From NCBI GenBank assembly GCA_038883655.1, contig JAVZLQ010000002.1, positions 238,396 through 302,395 of the forward strand: DNA of 64,000 nucleotides. Reading direction: 5' to 3'. The position numbers and the translations under genes were made by a program. The DNA is from Candidatus Bathyarchaeia archaeon. Lineage in GTDB: Archaea > Thermoproteota > Bathyarchaeia > Bathyarchaeales > Bathycorpusculaceae. Positions 38,801 through 48,592 of the stretch are shown here, in pieces. The notes beneath the pieces were generated by a model, which did no database searches, was not told where the DNA came from, and saw nothing but the letters and a program-made list of their open reading frames with translations. The stretch's first letter is position 1, and each line of letters starts with the position of its first letter.

Positions 38801-39417
38801 GCGGCTACGACATATTTGAAATGCTTCGACAAACAAAGAAAGCGGAAACACTTGTTAACAATTTCGAAATAAAACAAGTTTTGCCGTGTTTCACAACGCC
38901 AGGCTACATACGTTTTATAGCTCAAGCAGACCGTGAAATAGGCGACGTAATACCAATAATTTTCCTAAAATTTCCACCTGGAAAAAGCACGTACATAAGG
39001 GAAGAAAACACTCTAACGCTTAGGGCGTTCAACCGCATGATAACATTCCACCCGTCAGGCAAAGTAGCCGTAACAAACACGAGAGATGAGGAAGAAGCAA
39101 AGGAAATTCTAGAAGAAATCAGGAAAATAATAAACGACGCTTATAAAGACTACTTGAAAAATGGAAAGCCAAAAGAAAGCGACATCGAAGCCGCAGAAAA
39201 ACTCTCATGGACTGATATTTACGCTTATCTGCCCAAAACAAACTGCGGAAAATGCGGCTACCAAGTATGCTCAGCATTTGCAGCAAGTCTCATACAAGGA
39301 GAAACCAAACTCTCAAAATGCACACCACTGAAAGAACCAGTCAACAGCAATAACTTAAAAACACTCAAACAAAAACTTGGCGCGTGCCTACTACAAGCGT
39401 TAGGATGGACAGAATAA
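38797..39417 (+). CDS. (Fe-S)-binding protein with C-terminal putative Fe-S domain
   Basis: LPKTNCGKCGY.VC..FA......C. Confidence 0.85.
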   Translation: MSGYDIFEMLRQTKKAETLVNNFEIKQVLPCFTTPGYIRFIAQADREIGDVIPIIFLKFPPGKSTYIREENTLTLRAFNRMITFHPSGKVAVTNTRDEEEAKEILEEIRKIINDAYKDYLKNGKPKESDIEAAEKLSWTDIYAYLPKTNCGKCGYQVCSAFAASLIQGETKLSKCTPLKEPVNSNNLKTLKQKLGACLLQALGWTE

Positions 39418-39422
39418 TTATT

Positions 39423-39498
39423 TGGTAGCCCGGGAGAGATTCGAACTCTCGTCTGCGGGTCCAAAGCCCGCTATGCTTGTCCACTACACCACCGGGCT
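39423..39498 (-). tRNA. tRNA-Gln(TTG), CCA encoded
   Basis: AGCCCGG/CCGGGCT acceptor, GCGGG-CTTTGGA-CCCGC anticodon arm, TTCGAAT T-loop. Confidence 0.96.
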
Positions 39499-39508
39499 TT
39501 TACTGTCA

Positions 39509-40639
39509 TTAGCTTTTTAAGTGGTTCTTGATTAGTGTTTTCCTCTCTCTTCGTATTTCTGTTATTATGTTTCGTGCTTTTTCAGTTGTTTCAGTTGCCT
39601 TTTGCTTGTCAATTTTGTTTAAATTCAAAAAGTCGACAATGTTTTTGTAGTTTTTTGGGGTTTTTCCTTCTAGGCGTTCTAGTGTGCGCATCAAAGTTGT
39701 GTGGTCAGCCTTTGTTTTTTCGGCGGTTGACTTGAACCATGCGTAATTTTCTATCATGTCTAAGAATGTGTTTTTCAGATAGTTGTAGGCTTCGTTTGTC
39801 TTTTCCTGTTCAATTAATGCTGTTGTTCGCAGCAGTGCGCCTTGTAGAAACGCTGGGTTCAGATAGTAGCTCAGCTTCTTTCGCACTCTAAAGTGCATAG
39901 CCTCCAGGGCTTGTTGGTTATTTGCTATATTGGCTTTTGCTTCTTCCCATATAGTCTTAAAAAGTTTCAGTTTGCCATTAACGTCGGCGCTTTCTAGCCT
40001 TGTTAACCCAGCAGTTTCCAAGTATTCCTTAAAAGTTCTTTGCATTCCAAGTTTTGCCGTTGCTCTTTCAAGTCTTTCCAGAAATCTGCTGTTTGAGAAC
40101 GGCTCTAAGGCTATTTCAAGCAGAACCTTCAAAATTGTTTGTATTGCTAACGTTGCGAAGAGGTATGCGCTTTGAGGGTCTTCTCTCGAAAGCGCGGATG
40201 TTGCTCGGCTCAGGTAAATGTCTGAATCTATTATGTGGGATTCCACTCTTATGTCGACTCTTTCTGGCGAACAGTAAACCTTAGCCATCAAAAGCTTCGT
40301 GTTTGTTAAACTCCAATCTCTATCGTACAAAATTTGCATCTCATACAGCTTCTGGTCTAGTTCTGGCGGAATAGGACCGTTCAACCAACTTTTTGGCACA
40401 TGATCAAAATCTAGGAATAAGCCTCCCGCTTCCGCCCTCTCAACATACTCACAGTGAAAGCTGCCCTTTTCCACCACTAATAGGTCTACATCGCTTGATG
40501 AAGATGCTTCGTTTCTACCCCAACTTCCAAAAAGTCCAACACCATAAACGTTTTCCGCCGTACGCAGTTCACCAACTATCTTCTCTAGGGTTCTTCTGAT
40601 TTTTTCCGGAAGTCTTATCATTGTTGACATTTCGCTCAC
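39509..40639 (-). CDS. nucleotidyltransferase-domain protein (MNT-like plus helical C-terminus)
   Basis: LFGS.GR......SDVDLLVV. Confidence 0.8.
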   Translation of the reverse strand: MSEMSTMIRLPEKIRRTLEKIVGELRTAENVYGVGLFGSWGRNEASSSSDVDLLVVEKGSFHCEYVERAEAGGLFLDFDHVPKSWLNGPIPPELDQKLYEMQILYDRDWSLTNTKLLMAKVYCSPERVDIRVESHIIDSDIYLSRATSALSREDPQSAYLFATLAIQTILKVLLEIALEPFSNSRFLERLERATAKLGMQRTFKEYLETAGLTRLESADVNGKLKLFKTIWEEAKANIANNQQALEAMHFRVRKKLSYYLNPAFLQGALLRTTALIEQEKTNEAYNYLKNTFLDMIENYAWFKSTAEKTKADHTTLMRTLERLEGKTPKNYKNIVDFLNLNKIDKQKATETTEKARNIITEIRRERKTLIKNHLKS

Positions 40640-40813
40640 AAATTATTATTATCTTTTATTATTCAAAATTTGTGGAGGCGATACTTCAAATAAAACCGCA
40701 AAATTTATATATCAAAACATTTCATCTAATTAGGCTCACCGGGGCCGGATGCGCTCTTTCTCCGATTAAAAGATGAGGGATATGGGAAGGTAACGGTTCT
40801 CGAAAACTATAGG

Positions 40814-41764
40814 GTGGATCAAAAGTTGAGCAACAAAGAAAGCGGGGCTCGTCAAAGGTTAATCGACAAATGTCCAGAATGTGGTAGTGTAAACCTTGTT
40901 CACGATTACGACACTGGAGAAACCATTTGCGGCAACTGTGGACTTGTCCTCTACGAGCAGATGATGGATAAGGGACCAGAATGGCGCGCCTTTACACAAG
41001 AGGAGAAAGCCTCAAGAAGCCGTGTTGGAGTGCCAACATCCTACTCCGTTCATGACAAGGGCTTGTCAACAGCCATAAGCCAGGTTGACAGAGACGCATT
41101 TGGAAGGAAACTTCCACTTTCAACAAGATTGCAGATGTGGCGGTTAAGGAAGTGGCAGATACGTTCAAGGGTGCATTCCTCAATAGATAGAAACCTCGCC
41201 CAAGCCATGGCTGAACTCGACCGATTGTCAGACAAGGTGTATATCCCACCGCCAATTAAAGAGAAGGCGGCAGTCATTTATCGCAAAGCCTTGGATAAGG
41301 GGCTTGTCCGTGGAAGGTCAATTGCCGCTATTGCAGCTGCGGCACTTTATGCCGCTTGCCGTGGAAGCGGAACACCGAGAACACTGCGTGAAATTGCCGA
41401 GGCCAGCCTCGTTGACAAGAAGGATGTTGCGCGTTGTTATAGGCTTTTGCTTAGGGAATTGTCAGTTCAAATGCCCATAGCCGACCCACTAACATATGTT
41501 TCAAAAATCGCCGAGAGAACTGGAATTTCTGGCAAGACGCAAGGAATCGCCATACAAATCCTAAGAGAAGCAAGGGAAAAACGTGCTGCTGCGGGCAAAG
41601 ACCCTATGGGTTTGGCTGCGGCTGCGTTATATATTGCATGTTTGCAGAACAACGAGAAAAAGACGCAAAAGGACATCGCTGAGGCGGCTGGTGTCACGGA
41701 AGTTACGGTGCGAAACCGCTATAAGACATTGAAGAAACAATTGAACTTGGAACTTCCAGATTAG
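40814..41764 (+). CDS. tfb: transcription initiation factor IIB
   Basis: CPECG Zn ribbon, GPEWRAF, two cyclin repeats, VTEVTVRNRY. Confidence 0.97.
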   Translation: MDQKLSNKESGARQRLIDKCPECGSVNLVHDYDTGETICGNCGLVLYEQMMDKGPEWRAFTQEEKASRSRVGVPTSYSVHDKGLSTAISQVDRDAFGRKLPLSTRLQMWRLRKWQIRSRVHSSIDRNLAQAMAELDRLSDKVYIPPPIKEKAAVIYRKALDKGLVRGRSIAAIAAAALYAACRGSGTPRTLREIAEASLVDKKDVARCYRLLLRELSVQMPIADPLTYVSKIAERTGISGKTQGIAIQILREAREKRAAAGKDPMGLAAAALYIACLQNNEKKTQKDIAEAAGVTEVTVRNRYKTLKKQLNLELPD

Positions 41765-41774
41765 AATTTAGCTT

Positions 41775-41978
41775 TTAGCCTTCCTCTTTTTCCAGTTCCA
41801 TTACTATAGGGCCGTTGTATCCACAATTTTCACAAACGTATTTTTTGGGTGTTAACCAGTAATCTAGGCTGCTTGACAAGCGTATGTTTGGGCTTCCGCA
41901 TCTTGGACAATATATTTTTGCTGGTCCTCTGCGTTTCAGCGACCCAAATACTTCTTTCAGGTTTTGTATTAGTTTCAT
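41775..41978 (-). CDS. small Zn-ribbon protein
   Basis: CPRCGS...Y.CENCGY.GP; ATG at 41978. Confidence 0.8.
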   Translation of the reverse strand: MKLIQNLKEVFGSLKRRGPAKIYCPRCGSPNIRLSSSLDYWLTPKKYVCENCGYNGPIVMELEKEEG

Positions 41979-42004
41979 TTGGGCTTCGTCCTTTGTGGTT
42001 AATG

Positions 42005-42316
42005 TTACTGGACTTCTATGTTTTCTTCTGGGTATCCGAGCTTTATAAGGTATTGGCGGACCCTTTCGCGGTGATCTCCTTGGAGCATTATTTGACCGTT
42101 TTTCGCTGTTCCGCCGCATGCACAGAAGCTCTTTAGTTTCTGGGCTATGTCCGCTAATTTAGTGTTTTTGTTGTCATTTATGCCGTCAACTATTGTTGTT
42201 GGTTTGCCAAACTTTCTTGTTTCAAGTCTTATGCGGATTCTCTGTTGCTCCTTCTCTATTTCGCCGCAGACACACAAGTCCTTTGGAAGCCCACATGTCG
42301 GACAGATTTCAGCCAT
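42005..42316 (-). CDS. translation initiation factor aIF-1 (SUI1)
   Basis: CPTCGLP.DLCVC, LKS.CACGGT.K, LQGDHR. Confidence 0.95.
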   Translation of the reverse strand: MAEICPTCGLPKDLCVCGEIEKEQQRIRIRLETRKFGKPTTIVDGINDNKNTKLADIAQKLKSFCACGGTAKNGQIMLQGDHRERVRQYLIKLGYPEENIEVQ

Positions 42317-42440
42317 GACGCTCAAACTTACAATTAACATGGCAGTATATAAGATTTTCAAATTCACAATCCATAATTAAGTCTAAAACGCCTTACTATT
42401 CGGTAAAGCTTTAATGAAAACCGACGCTTAATTAGCGCTT

Positions 42441-43589
42441 ATGAAAGTGTTAATTGTTGGTTGCGGAAACATAGGCGCTGTTGCAGCTGAAGACTTTGCC
42501 AAAAGCGTGCCAACCGCCAAGGTTGTTCTAGCCGACAAAGATGAAGGAAAAGCTAAAAGTGTTGCCAAAAAATTACGCGGAGAAAATGTTTCTTACATGC
42601 AGTTGGACGTGTCAAACAAGGACAAGCTTGTCCGCTTACTTGAAGGTTTCGATATAATTTTGGGTTTTTTACCTGGAAATCTGGGTTATAACCTAGTTGA
42701 GGCTTGCATCAAAGCGCGAAAAAACCTCGTTGACGTTTCTTACATGCCCCAAAATCCTCTAATGCTTAATGACGCGGCAGTTAAAGCCGATGTAACTGTT
42801 ATTCCAGAGTGTGGGCTTGCCCCAGGCATAGGCAATATCCTTGTTGGGCATGCAGCCAAAAAACTTGACAAAGTGCAGAAGATTCACATATTGGTTGGAG
42901 GCATCCCAGAAAAGCCAGTGCCACCTTTAGGCTATGCTGTGACATGGTCTCCTGAAAACCTTATTGACGAATACAAGCGAAAAGCCAGAATAGTTGTTGA
43001 CGGGAAAATTGTTGAAGTTGAAGCCTTAAGTGGAATTGAGGAAGTGGATTTTCCAGGGCTTGGTAGGCTTGAGGCGTTTTACACTGATGGTCTTCGAACT
43101 TTGCTCAGCACCTTTAGCGACGTTGAGGAGATGTGGGAGAAAACCCTTAGGTATAAAGGACACGCGGAAAAAGTGCGTTTGCTTAAGTATTTGGGATTTT
43201 TTGAAGATGAGGAGTTGGATATTGATGGAGTTAAGATATCGCCTAAACGTTTCACGGCTAGGCTTTTCCAGAAGAGACTTTGCATGCCAGAGGTTAAGGA
43301 CGTTGTGGCGTTGAAGGTTGAAGTTTTTGGGTTAAAGGCTGGACGAAAGGTTGGATATGCATATCATCTACTGGACTTTTATGACGCGAAAAGCGGTACA
43401 ACAGCCATGGCTAGAACAACCGCTTATCCAGCATCAATTGTCGCGCAAATGCTTATTAAGGGGACAGTAAAGGCGAAAGGCGTAGTTCCTCCAGAAAAGC
43501 TTGGTGTGGATAACGAGTTTTTCCGCAACTTTCTAGGCGAGTTGAAGCAGCGTGAGGTAAAAATTATTGCGGAAGAAGTAACAGTTTAA
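42441..43589 (+). CDS. saccharopine dehydrogenase / lysine 6-dehydrogenase family
   Basis: GCGNIG Rossmann, CGLAPG, TDGLRTL, EKTLRY.GH, AMARTT. Confidence 0.88.
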   Translation: MKVLIVGCGNIGAVAAEDFAKSVPTAKVVLADKDEGKAKSVAKKLRGENVSYMQLDVSNKDKLVRLLEGFDIILGFLPGNLGYNLVEACIKARKNLVDVSYMPQNPLMLNDAAVKADVTVIPECGLAPGIGNILVGHAAKKLDKVQKIHILVGGIPEKPVPPLGYAVTWSPENLIDEYKRKARIVVDGKIVEVEALSGIEEVDFPGLGRLEAFYTDGLRTLLSTFSDVEEMWEKTLRYKGHAEKVRLLKYLGFFEDEELDIDGVKISPKRFTARLFQKRLCMPEVKDVVALKVEVFGLKAGRKVGYAYHLLDFYDAKSGTTAMARTTAYPASIVAQMLIKGTVKAKGVVPPEKLGVDNEFFRNFLGELKQREVKIIAEEVTV

Positions 43590-43661
43590 AGCATCTGATG
43601 TGAATTGCTTTATAAATGGGCATGATAAGCGCGGAGGAGAAAAGACACGGTTAAGCGTGAA

Positions 43662-45044
43662 TTGGACTTTGTATACGAGTCTGACATGAGTATGCTTACA
43701 GACCTTTACGAGTTGACGATGTGTGCAAGCTATTTTGATAATAAAAGGAATGAACTTGCAACCTTTGACTTGTTTATAAGGCGATTACCACCAAACAGGT
43801 CCTACTTTGTCTTTGCTGGTTTGGAACAAGCGCTAATTTATCTCGAAAGGATGCGTTTTACGGATGAACATTTGGAATATCTACGCAAACACGGCTTTAA
43901 GGAGGAATTTCTCGATTATCTGAGAAATTTTAAGTTTGGTGGTGAGGTTTGGGCGATTCCAGAGGGCACAATAGTCTTTCCAAATGAACCACTGATTAGG
44001 GTTACAGCCCCAATAATTGAAGCACAAATCGTCGAATCCTTCCTTTTAAACACGGTTAACCTGCAAACAACAATTGCAACAAAAGCCTCTAGAGTTGTGT
44101 GCGCCGCAAAAGGGAGACCGGTAATCGAGTTTGGTTTGAGGCGGACACATGGCACGGATGCTGGGATGAAGGCGGCTAGGTGCAGCTACATAGCTGGATG
44201 CAATGGAACATCAAATGTGCTGGCTGGCTTGCGTTATGGCATACCAATTTTTGGAACTATGGCGCACTCCTTCATACTCTTTTTCGATCGCGAAATTGAG
44301 GCTTTTCGCGCATTCGCCAAAACTTTTCCCAAAACATCCACCTTCCTAATAGACACTTTCGATGATATTAAGGGCGCGGAAAAAGCGGCAATCGTCGCTA
44401 AAGAAATGGAGAAGCAAGGCTTTAGGTTGAACAGCGTAAGAATCGACAGCGGAGACCTTGTGGAGATAAGCAAAAAGGTTCGCGCAATATTAGACGAGAA
44501 GGGCTTGAACTATGTCAAAATTTTTGCTAGCGGAGACCTAGACGAATACAAAGTCGAGGAGTTGCTTCAGAAAGGCGCAAAAATAGATGCTTTCGGTGTT
44601 GGAACAAGAATGAGCACCTCTGAAGATAGACCATATGTGGACGTCATCTACAAACTCTGCGAGCACATGGACAAAAGTGGCAAAATGGTTCCAGCGATGA
44701 AGTTAAGCAAGGGCAAACTCACTCTTCCAGGAAGGAAACAGGTTTTCAGAGTTAAGGATGAGAACGGCATGTTTAAGAAGGATGTCATCGCCTTGCATGA
44801 TGAGAAGGTTGAAGGCGAACCGTTGCTTGTTAAGGTTATGAAGAAAGGCAAAATAGTTTATGATTTGCCGCCGCTTGATGCCATTAGGGAGAGAGCCCTA
44901 GAAAACCTTTCTAGACTTCCAGAGCGGTATAAGAAACTTAAGGGTGCGCCACAATATCCAGTTGAGTTAAGCCCAAAACTGAAAAGGTTGATAGAGACTT
45001 TAACCTTCAAACTTCAGAAGGTTGAGGTTGAGGGTTTAACCTAA
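43662..45044 (+). CDS. pncB: nicotinate phosphoribosyltransferase
   Basis: TDLYELTM, EFGLRR, GTMAHS, LIDT.D, RIDSGD. Confidence 0.95.
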   Translation: MDFVYESDMSMLTDLYELTMCASYFDNKRNELATFDLFIRRLPPNRSYFVFAGLEQALIYLERMRFTDEHLEYLRKHGFKEEFLDYLRNFKFGGEVWAIPEGTIVFPNEPLIRVTAPIIEAQIVESFLLNTVNLQTTIATKASRVVCAAKGRPVIEFGLRRTHGTDAGMKAARCSYIAGCNGTSNVLAGLRYGIPIFGTMAHSFILFFDREIEAFRAFAKTFPKTSTFLIDTFDDIKGAEKAAIVAKEMEKQGFRLNSVRIDSGDLVEISKKVRAILDEKGLNYVKIFASGDLDEYKVEELLQKGAKIDAFGVGTRMSTSEDRPYVDVIYKLCEHMDKSGKMVPAMKLSKGKLTLPGRKQVFRVKDENGMFKKDVIALHDEKVEGEPLLVKVMKKGKIVYDLPPLDAIRERALENLSRLPERYKKLKGAPQYPVELSPKLKRLIETLTFKLQKVEVEGLT

Positions 45045-45583
45045 AATCCCGCTGCTGATGCGAGGATGTTAATGAATCCAACTTCTATAATGGCTGCAAC
45101 CAAAAATATGGAGTAAATAAAGACTAAATCTTTCGTGGATATTGTTCTGCTTAGCGTTTTGCTTATTGTTAGGTAAATGCCATAGCCCTCTAAAATTCCA
45201 ATTGGCGCGCTTATCAATAGAATCTGTGGCAAATATGCAATATCTATTGCGCCATATGTTAGTCCGCCCACGCGCAGAATGCTTAGGAAAAGCACGACAA
45301 CCGTGAATACCGCTGCGAAAATACGCGGATGCTGAAGCAGAATGTCTGCGTATTTTTCCCTTCTAAAGAAATTCAGCAACACCAGGTTAACGTAGAAGGT
45401 CATGCCAAGCAGAATAAGCGAAATTGCAAGCGTGTTATGCACAAAAAGCATAAGCATGGCAAGAAGCTGATTGCTGAAAAAGTCGCCCACAACCTTGAAG
45501 AACATTATGTTCTCAAAATAGGCTATGGCGAGGAAAGCCACAAACACTAAGCCAAGCAGTATCGTCTTCCTCTTTAAGTCCAG
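45041..45583 (-). CDS. membrane protein (SpoIIM-like), possible CTG start
   Basis: ORF track 45041..45547; frame open to CTG at 45583 with GGAGG 7 nt upstream; HN and P.G.LE motifs. Confidence 0.65.
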   Translation of the reverse strand: MDLKRKTILLGLVFVAFLAIAYFENIMFFKVVGDFFSNQLLAMLMLFVHNTLAISLILLGMTFYVNLVLLNFFRREKYADILLQHPRIFAAVFTVVVLFLSILRVGGLTYGAIDIAYLPQILLISAPIGILEGYGIYLTISKTLSRTISTKDLVFIYSIFLVAAIIEVGFINILASAAGF

Positions 45584-45634
45584 ACTTGTGCCTCCATGTA
45601 AGAAAAACTCGTAATGGCATTCTAATAATTGAGA

Positions 45635-48082
45635 TTATCGGTTAGGTTTCTGCTTTCCCATTTTTCTTTTTGCAAAGATGACGCTAAGCGTTGTAAGAAT
45701 CATTAATAAGGGCAAGGTTATGGCTGAAGGAAACTCTGGCACTATTGTTATTGTGTGTTCCGAATGCGCATAGTTGATATATATGTAGGTGTTTGCTTTA
45801 TCTTTCCAGCTTCTGAAGGACAATGGTTCACCATCAAAGTAAACCGTATAGTTTTCCTGCCACAAGTCTTGGATGATAGCATTTGGAATTGTTAACCTGC
45901 AGAATCCAGTTTCTCCGATAGTCCCAGTTACATTAAAACTTAAGATTTTCTGTTCCACATCAAGATTAAAATATGAAAGACTGGAATTGCTAACAATTTC
46001 AATCGTGCCCATGTCAACGTCAAAAATTTCAATCGGCGCCATAAGTGGATAGTTGTCTGTAACATTATATGGGGAAATTGGACATGCTATGAAGGGCGTG
46101 TCTCCAACCCCATCGCTGCCAGTTTCATTTTGATAAATTCCTCTATAAAAATCCACACCATCATAATTGCTCCAATAGTTCCCGCCAGAAGGATATCCAT
46201 CATCGTAGTAGTTCCTCTCCGGAGCAAAAGGTCCAATTGCTTGGCAAAAGTTATCAATGAAGTTATTATGAAAAACGAGATTCTTAGAGCCACATAAATT
46301 TCTAACCTTGTCGTGCATAACCAGACCATAATGGCTATACTTCACGGTATTGCCATAAATAACATTGTATCCGCCACCCACGAAGATGCCACCTATTTCC
46401 ATCAACGATAGTTCTATCGAGTATTCCCACGGCCACTCTGGATGATAAAAGACAAAAAGCTCAGGCCCAGGGTAGGTTGTGCTCATGTTGCTTTCGATTA
46501 CCATATTTCTGGATATAGCGCCGTTGTTGATATCTGCAACTATCCCTAGTGGATTTCTGTAAAGCGTGTTATTTAATATGCTGCTATTGTCGCTTATTGC
46601 GAGTATACCTACACTATTATCATTTACAATGTTTCCTTTAATAGTTATGTTGGAACAGAAGAAACCTATAAATTCTATTTTTTCATAGTCAATCCATCCA
46701 AAGTAATTAACGTCAATGCCGTAAATCGAGTGGCTTACCGTATTGTTTGCTATCACTGTATTGTTTGATCCGAGCAGAAATATGCCTTGAAAGTTGTTTG
46801 ACAAATTCAAGTCTTCGATTAGGATGTTTGACGAGTTTATTAGCATCACGTACCCAGCATTCTTCGGAACGGTTTGGTTTTGCTTGTTCACCCAGTAGAT
46901 TATGGGCTTTCCATCTACAGTATTGGAATCGTCAATATCATTTTCTAAATCTGAAAAGCTGTTGATGCGACGCCCTATATCTGGTGAAAAGCCAAAGTTC
47001 ATGTTGCCTCCGCTTATATTGTTATTTCTCATTGTTGTGAATCTAGAGTAGTCGTCCAGGTAAATGCCATTCAAGTTATCTTCAAGTTTGTTTCCTATAA
47101 GCGTGTTATTGCCGCTAAAGGGACCCACATATATGCCATGCACATTGTCAACTATGTTATTATTGATTACAGATACATTATTACAAAATAGAAGCAGCAC
47201 GCCTTGCAGGTTATGCGACAAATTGCATCCCGTGACTGTAATGTTCGTGCAATTATTTAGCAAAACATATCCCGCGTCTGATGGAATTTCTACATTACTT
47301 TGATTAACTAGGTAATAGATTGGCTTGCCGTTGACGGTGTTAGAAACATCTACATCATTGATTATCCCTGGTTTTTCGGTGGATGTCATTATCCAATCGC
47401 GCCATTCCCCTCGTAGAATGGGTCCAAAATTGTAAGTGTTTTCCGTCATATTGTTGTTTCTAAGAATGTTTTCGTGTGAATTGCCGTAAAAGGTTATACC
47501 GTGTCCATTGTTCGCTACCGTATTATTTATCAGCGCATTATTCCCTGCATAACATAGGTGAATGCCAAATAACGTATTATTCCTTACAATGTTGTTGGAT
47601 ATAGTGTTGTTTGCGCATCCCCTTAGGAAGATGCCACCATAAAGATTTTCAACGATACAATTATCTTCTATCCTATGCCCTGAGAAGCGTGGAACACTGT
47701 TGTAACTAAATATTCTGATGCCATATGCACCATTTCTTATGGTAAATCCGCTTATGCTTGAATTATCGCTTTGAAGCCGCACAACCCCCATTTCCGCTAA
47801 TGTTCCATTTCCGTCAATAATCGTGTTGCTCTTGTTTTCTCCGATAAGCGAAACCGTCTTGTTCACAACAATATTCTCGTAATAGATTCCGTTGCACACG
47901 AATATCGTGTCTCCGTCTGCTGCCGCATTTATCGCCTCTTGTATGGTGTGAAAATCTGCTGGTCCATCATCATCAACAATCCATGTTTTTGGTTGCGATT
48001 TAACTTGCTGAATTAATGCTAAAGTCAATATGTTCACCAAAAATAAAGTAAGCATAACCAGCGAAAGTGCTCTTCTAAGCAT
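45635..48082 (-). CDS. NosD/CASH parallel beta-helix cell-surface protein with PEF-type C-terminal anchor
   Basis: Signal peptide, TIQEAIN, duplicated SNTV.GKPI.Y blocks, GGNYWS, VPEF plus TM and basic tail. Confidence 0.9.
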   Translation of the reverse strand: MLRRALSLVMLTLFLVNILTLALIQQVKSQPKTWIVDDDGPADFHTIQEAINAAADGDTIFVCNGIYYENIVVNKTVSLIGENKSNTIIDGNGTLAEMGVVRLQSDNSSISGFTIRNGAYGIRIFSYNSVPRFSGHRIEDNCIVENLYGGIFLRGCANNTISNNIVRNNTLFGIHLCYAGNNALINNTVANNGHGITFYGNSHENILRNNNMTENTYNFGPILRGEWRDWIMTSTEKPGIINDVDVSNTVNGKPIYYLVNQSNVEIPSDAGYVLLNNCTNITVTGCNLSHNLQGVLLLFCNNVSVINNNIVDNVHGIYVGPFSGNNTLIGNKLEDNLNGIYLDDYSRFTTMRNNNISGGNMNFGFSPDIGRRINSFSDLENDIDDSNTVDGKPIIYWVNKQNQTVPKNAGYVMLINSSNILIEDLNLSNNFQGIFLLGSNNTVIANNTVSHSIYGIDVNYFGWIDYEKIEFIGFFCSNITIKGNIVNDNSVGILAISDNSSILNNTLYRNPLGIVADINNGAISRNMVIESNMSTTYPGPELFVFYHPEWPWEYSIELSLMEIGGIFVGGGYNVIYGNTVKYSHYGLVMHDKVRNLCGSKNLVFHNNFIDNFCQAIGPFAPERNYYDDGYPSGGNYWSNYDGVDFYRGIYQNETGSDGVGDTPFIACPISPYNVTDNYPLMAPIEIFDVDMGTIEIVSNSSLSYFNLDVEQKILSFNVTGTIGETGFCRLTIPNAIIQDLWQENYTVYFDGEPLSFRSWKDKANTYIYINYAHSEHTITIVPEFPSAITLPLLMILTTLSVIFAKRKMGKQKPNR

Positions 48083-48153
48083 TCTCCCCCCTCAAAATAT
48101 AAAAACTATTGTTACAGCTTATAATGTTTTTTAAGAAAGCACATACAGTTCCA

Positions 48154-48468
48154 TTATATTCTTTCACGTTTTATCTCGAATATTACTGTTCCGCCTTCCG
48201 TGTATGGTTCTCCAGGGTCCAAGCATTGCACGTAACCCTTATCCACTTCTTCTTTTGCTAGTCCCAAATCTTTGAAGCTTATTCCTTTGCTTAGTGGGAT
48301 TATCATTGAAAGCATTGAGCCTAAAGCGTGAACGCACAAATTGTCCGTTTTTTCTAAGACTATTTTTGGCTGTTCTATTATTATTCTGTCTCCAGCATTG
48401 AAGACTGGACATTTCCCACATATCTCTTTTACAGTTATTACTAAACGATAATTTTCTACGCTTCGCAT
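48154..48468 (-). CDS. TIGR04076-like protein
   Basis: G.CPV...GD, LC.HA, QC.DPG, G.VIFEI; ATG at 48468. Confidence 0.75.
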   Translation of the reverse strand: MRSVENYRLVITVKEICGKCPVFNAGDRIIIEQPKIVLEKTDNLCVHALGSMLSMIIPLSKGISFKDLGLAKEEVDKGYVQCLDPGEPYTEGGTVIFEIKRERI

Positions 48469-48592
48469 GCTCCTTGCCCTTGACGCATTTATCCCCCCCA
48501 ATAAATTATAATTTTTGTCCGCAAAATGGCAAACACTTAAAAGTTTTAATGAAAAGGGATAAATGCATAACTGTGAAAGGTGCAAAGCTCAA

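Noticed and set aside
35203-39417. Selenocysteine read-through in thioredoxins or permease
   Set aside because: No in-frame TGA at Cys-equivalent positions; the ORFs end at normal lengths.
35203-39498. ars cluster as an island integrated at tRNA-Gln
   Set aside because: No duplicated tRNA-Gln 3' end or integrase found at the other side of the cluster.
46700-47400. Internal duplication in the NosD-type protein
   Set aside because: Real, but typical of this beta-helix family; not novel.
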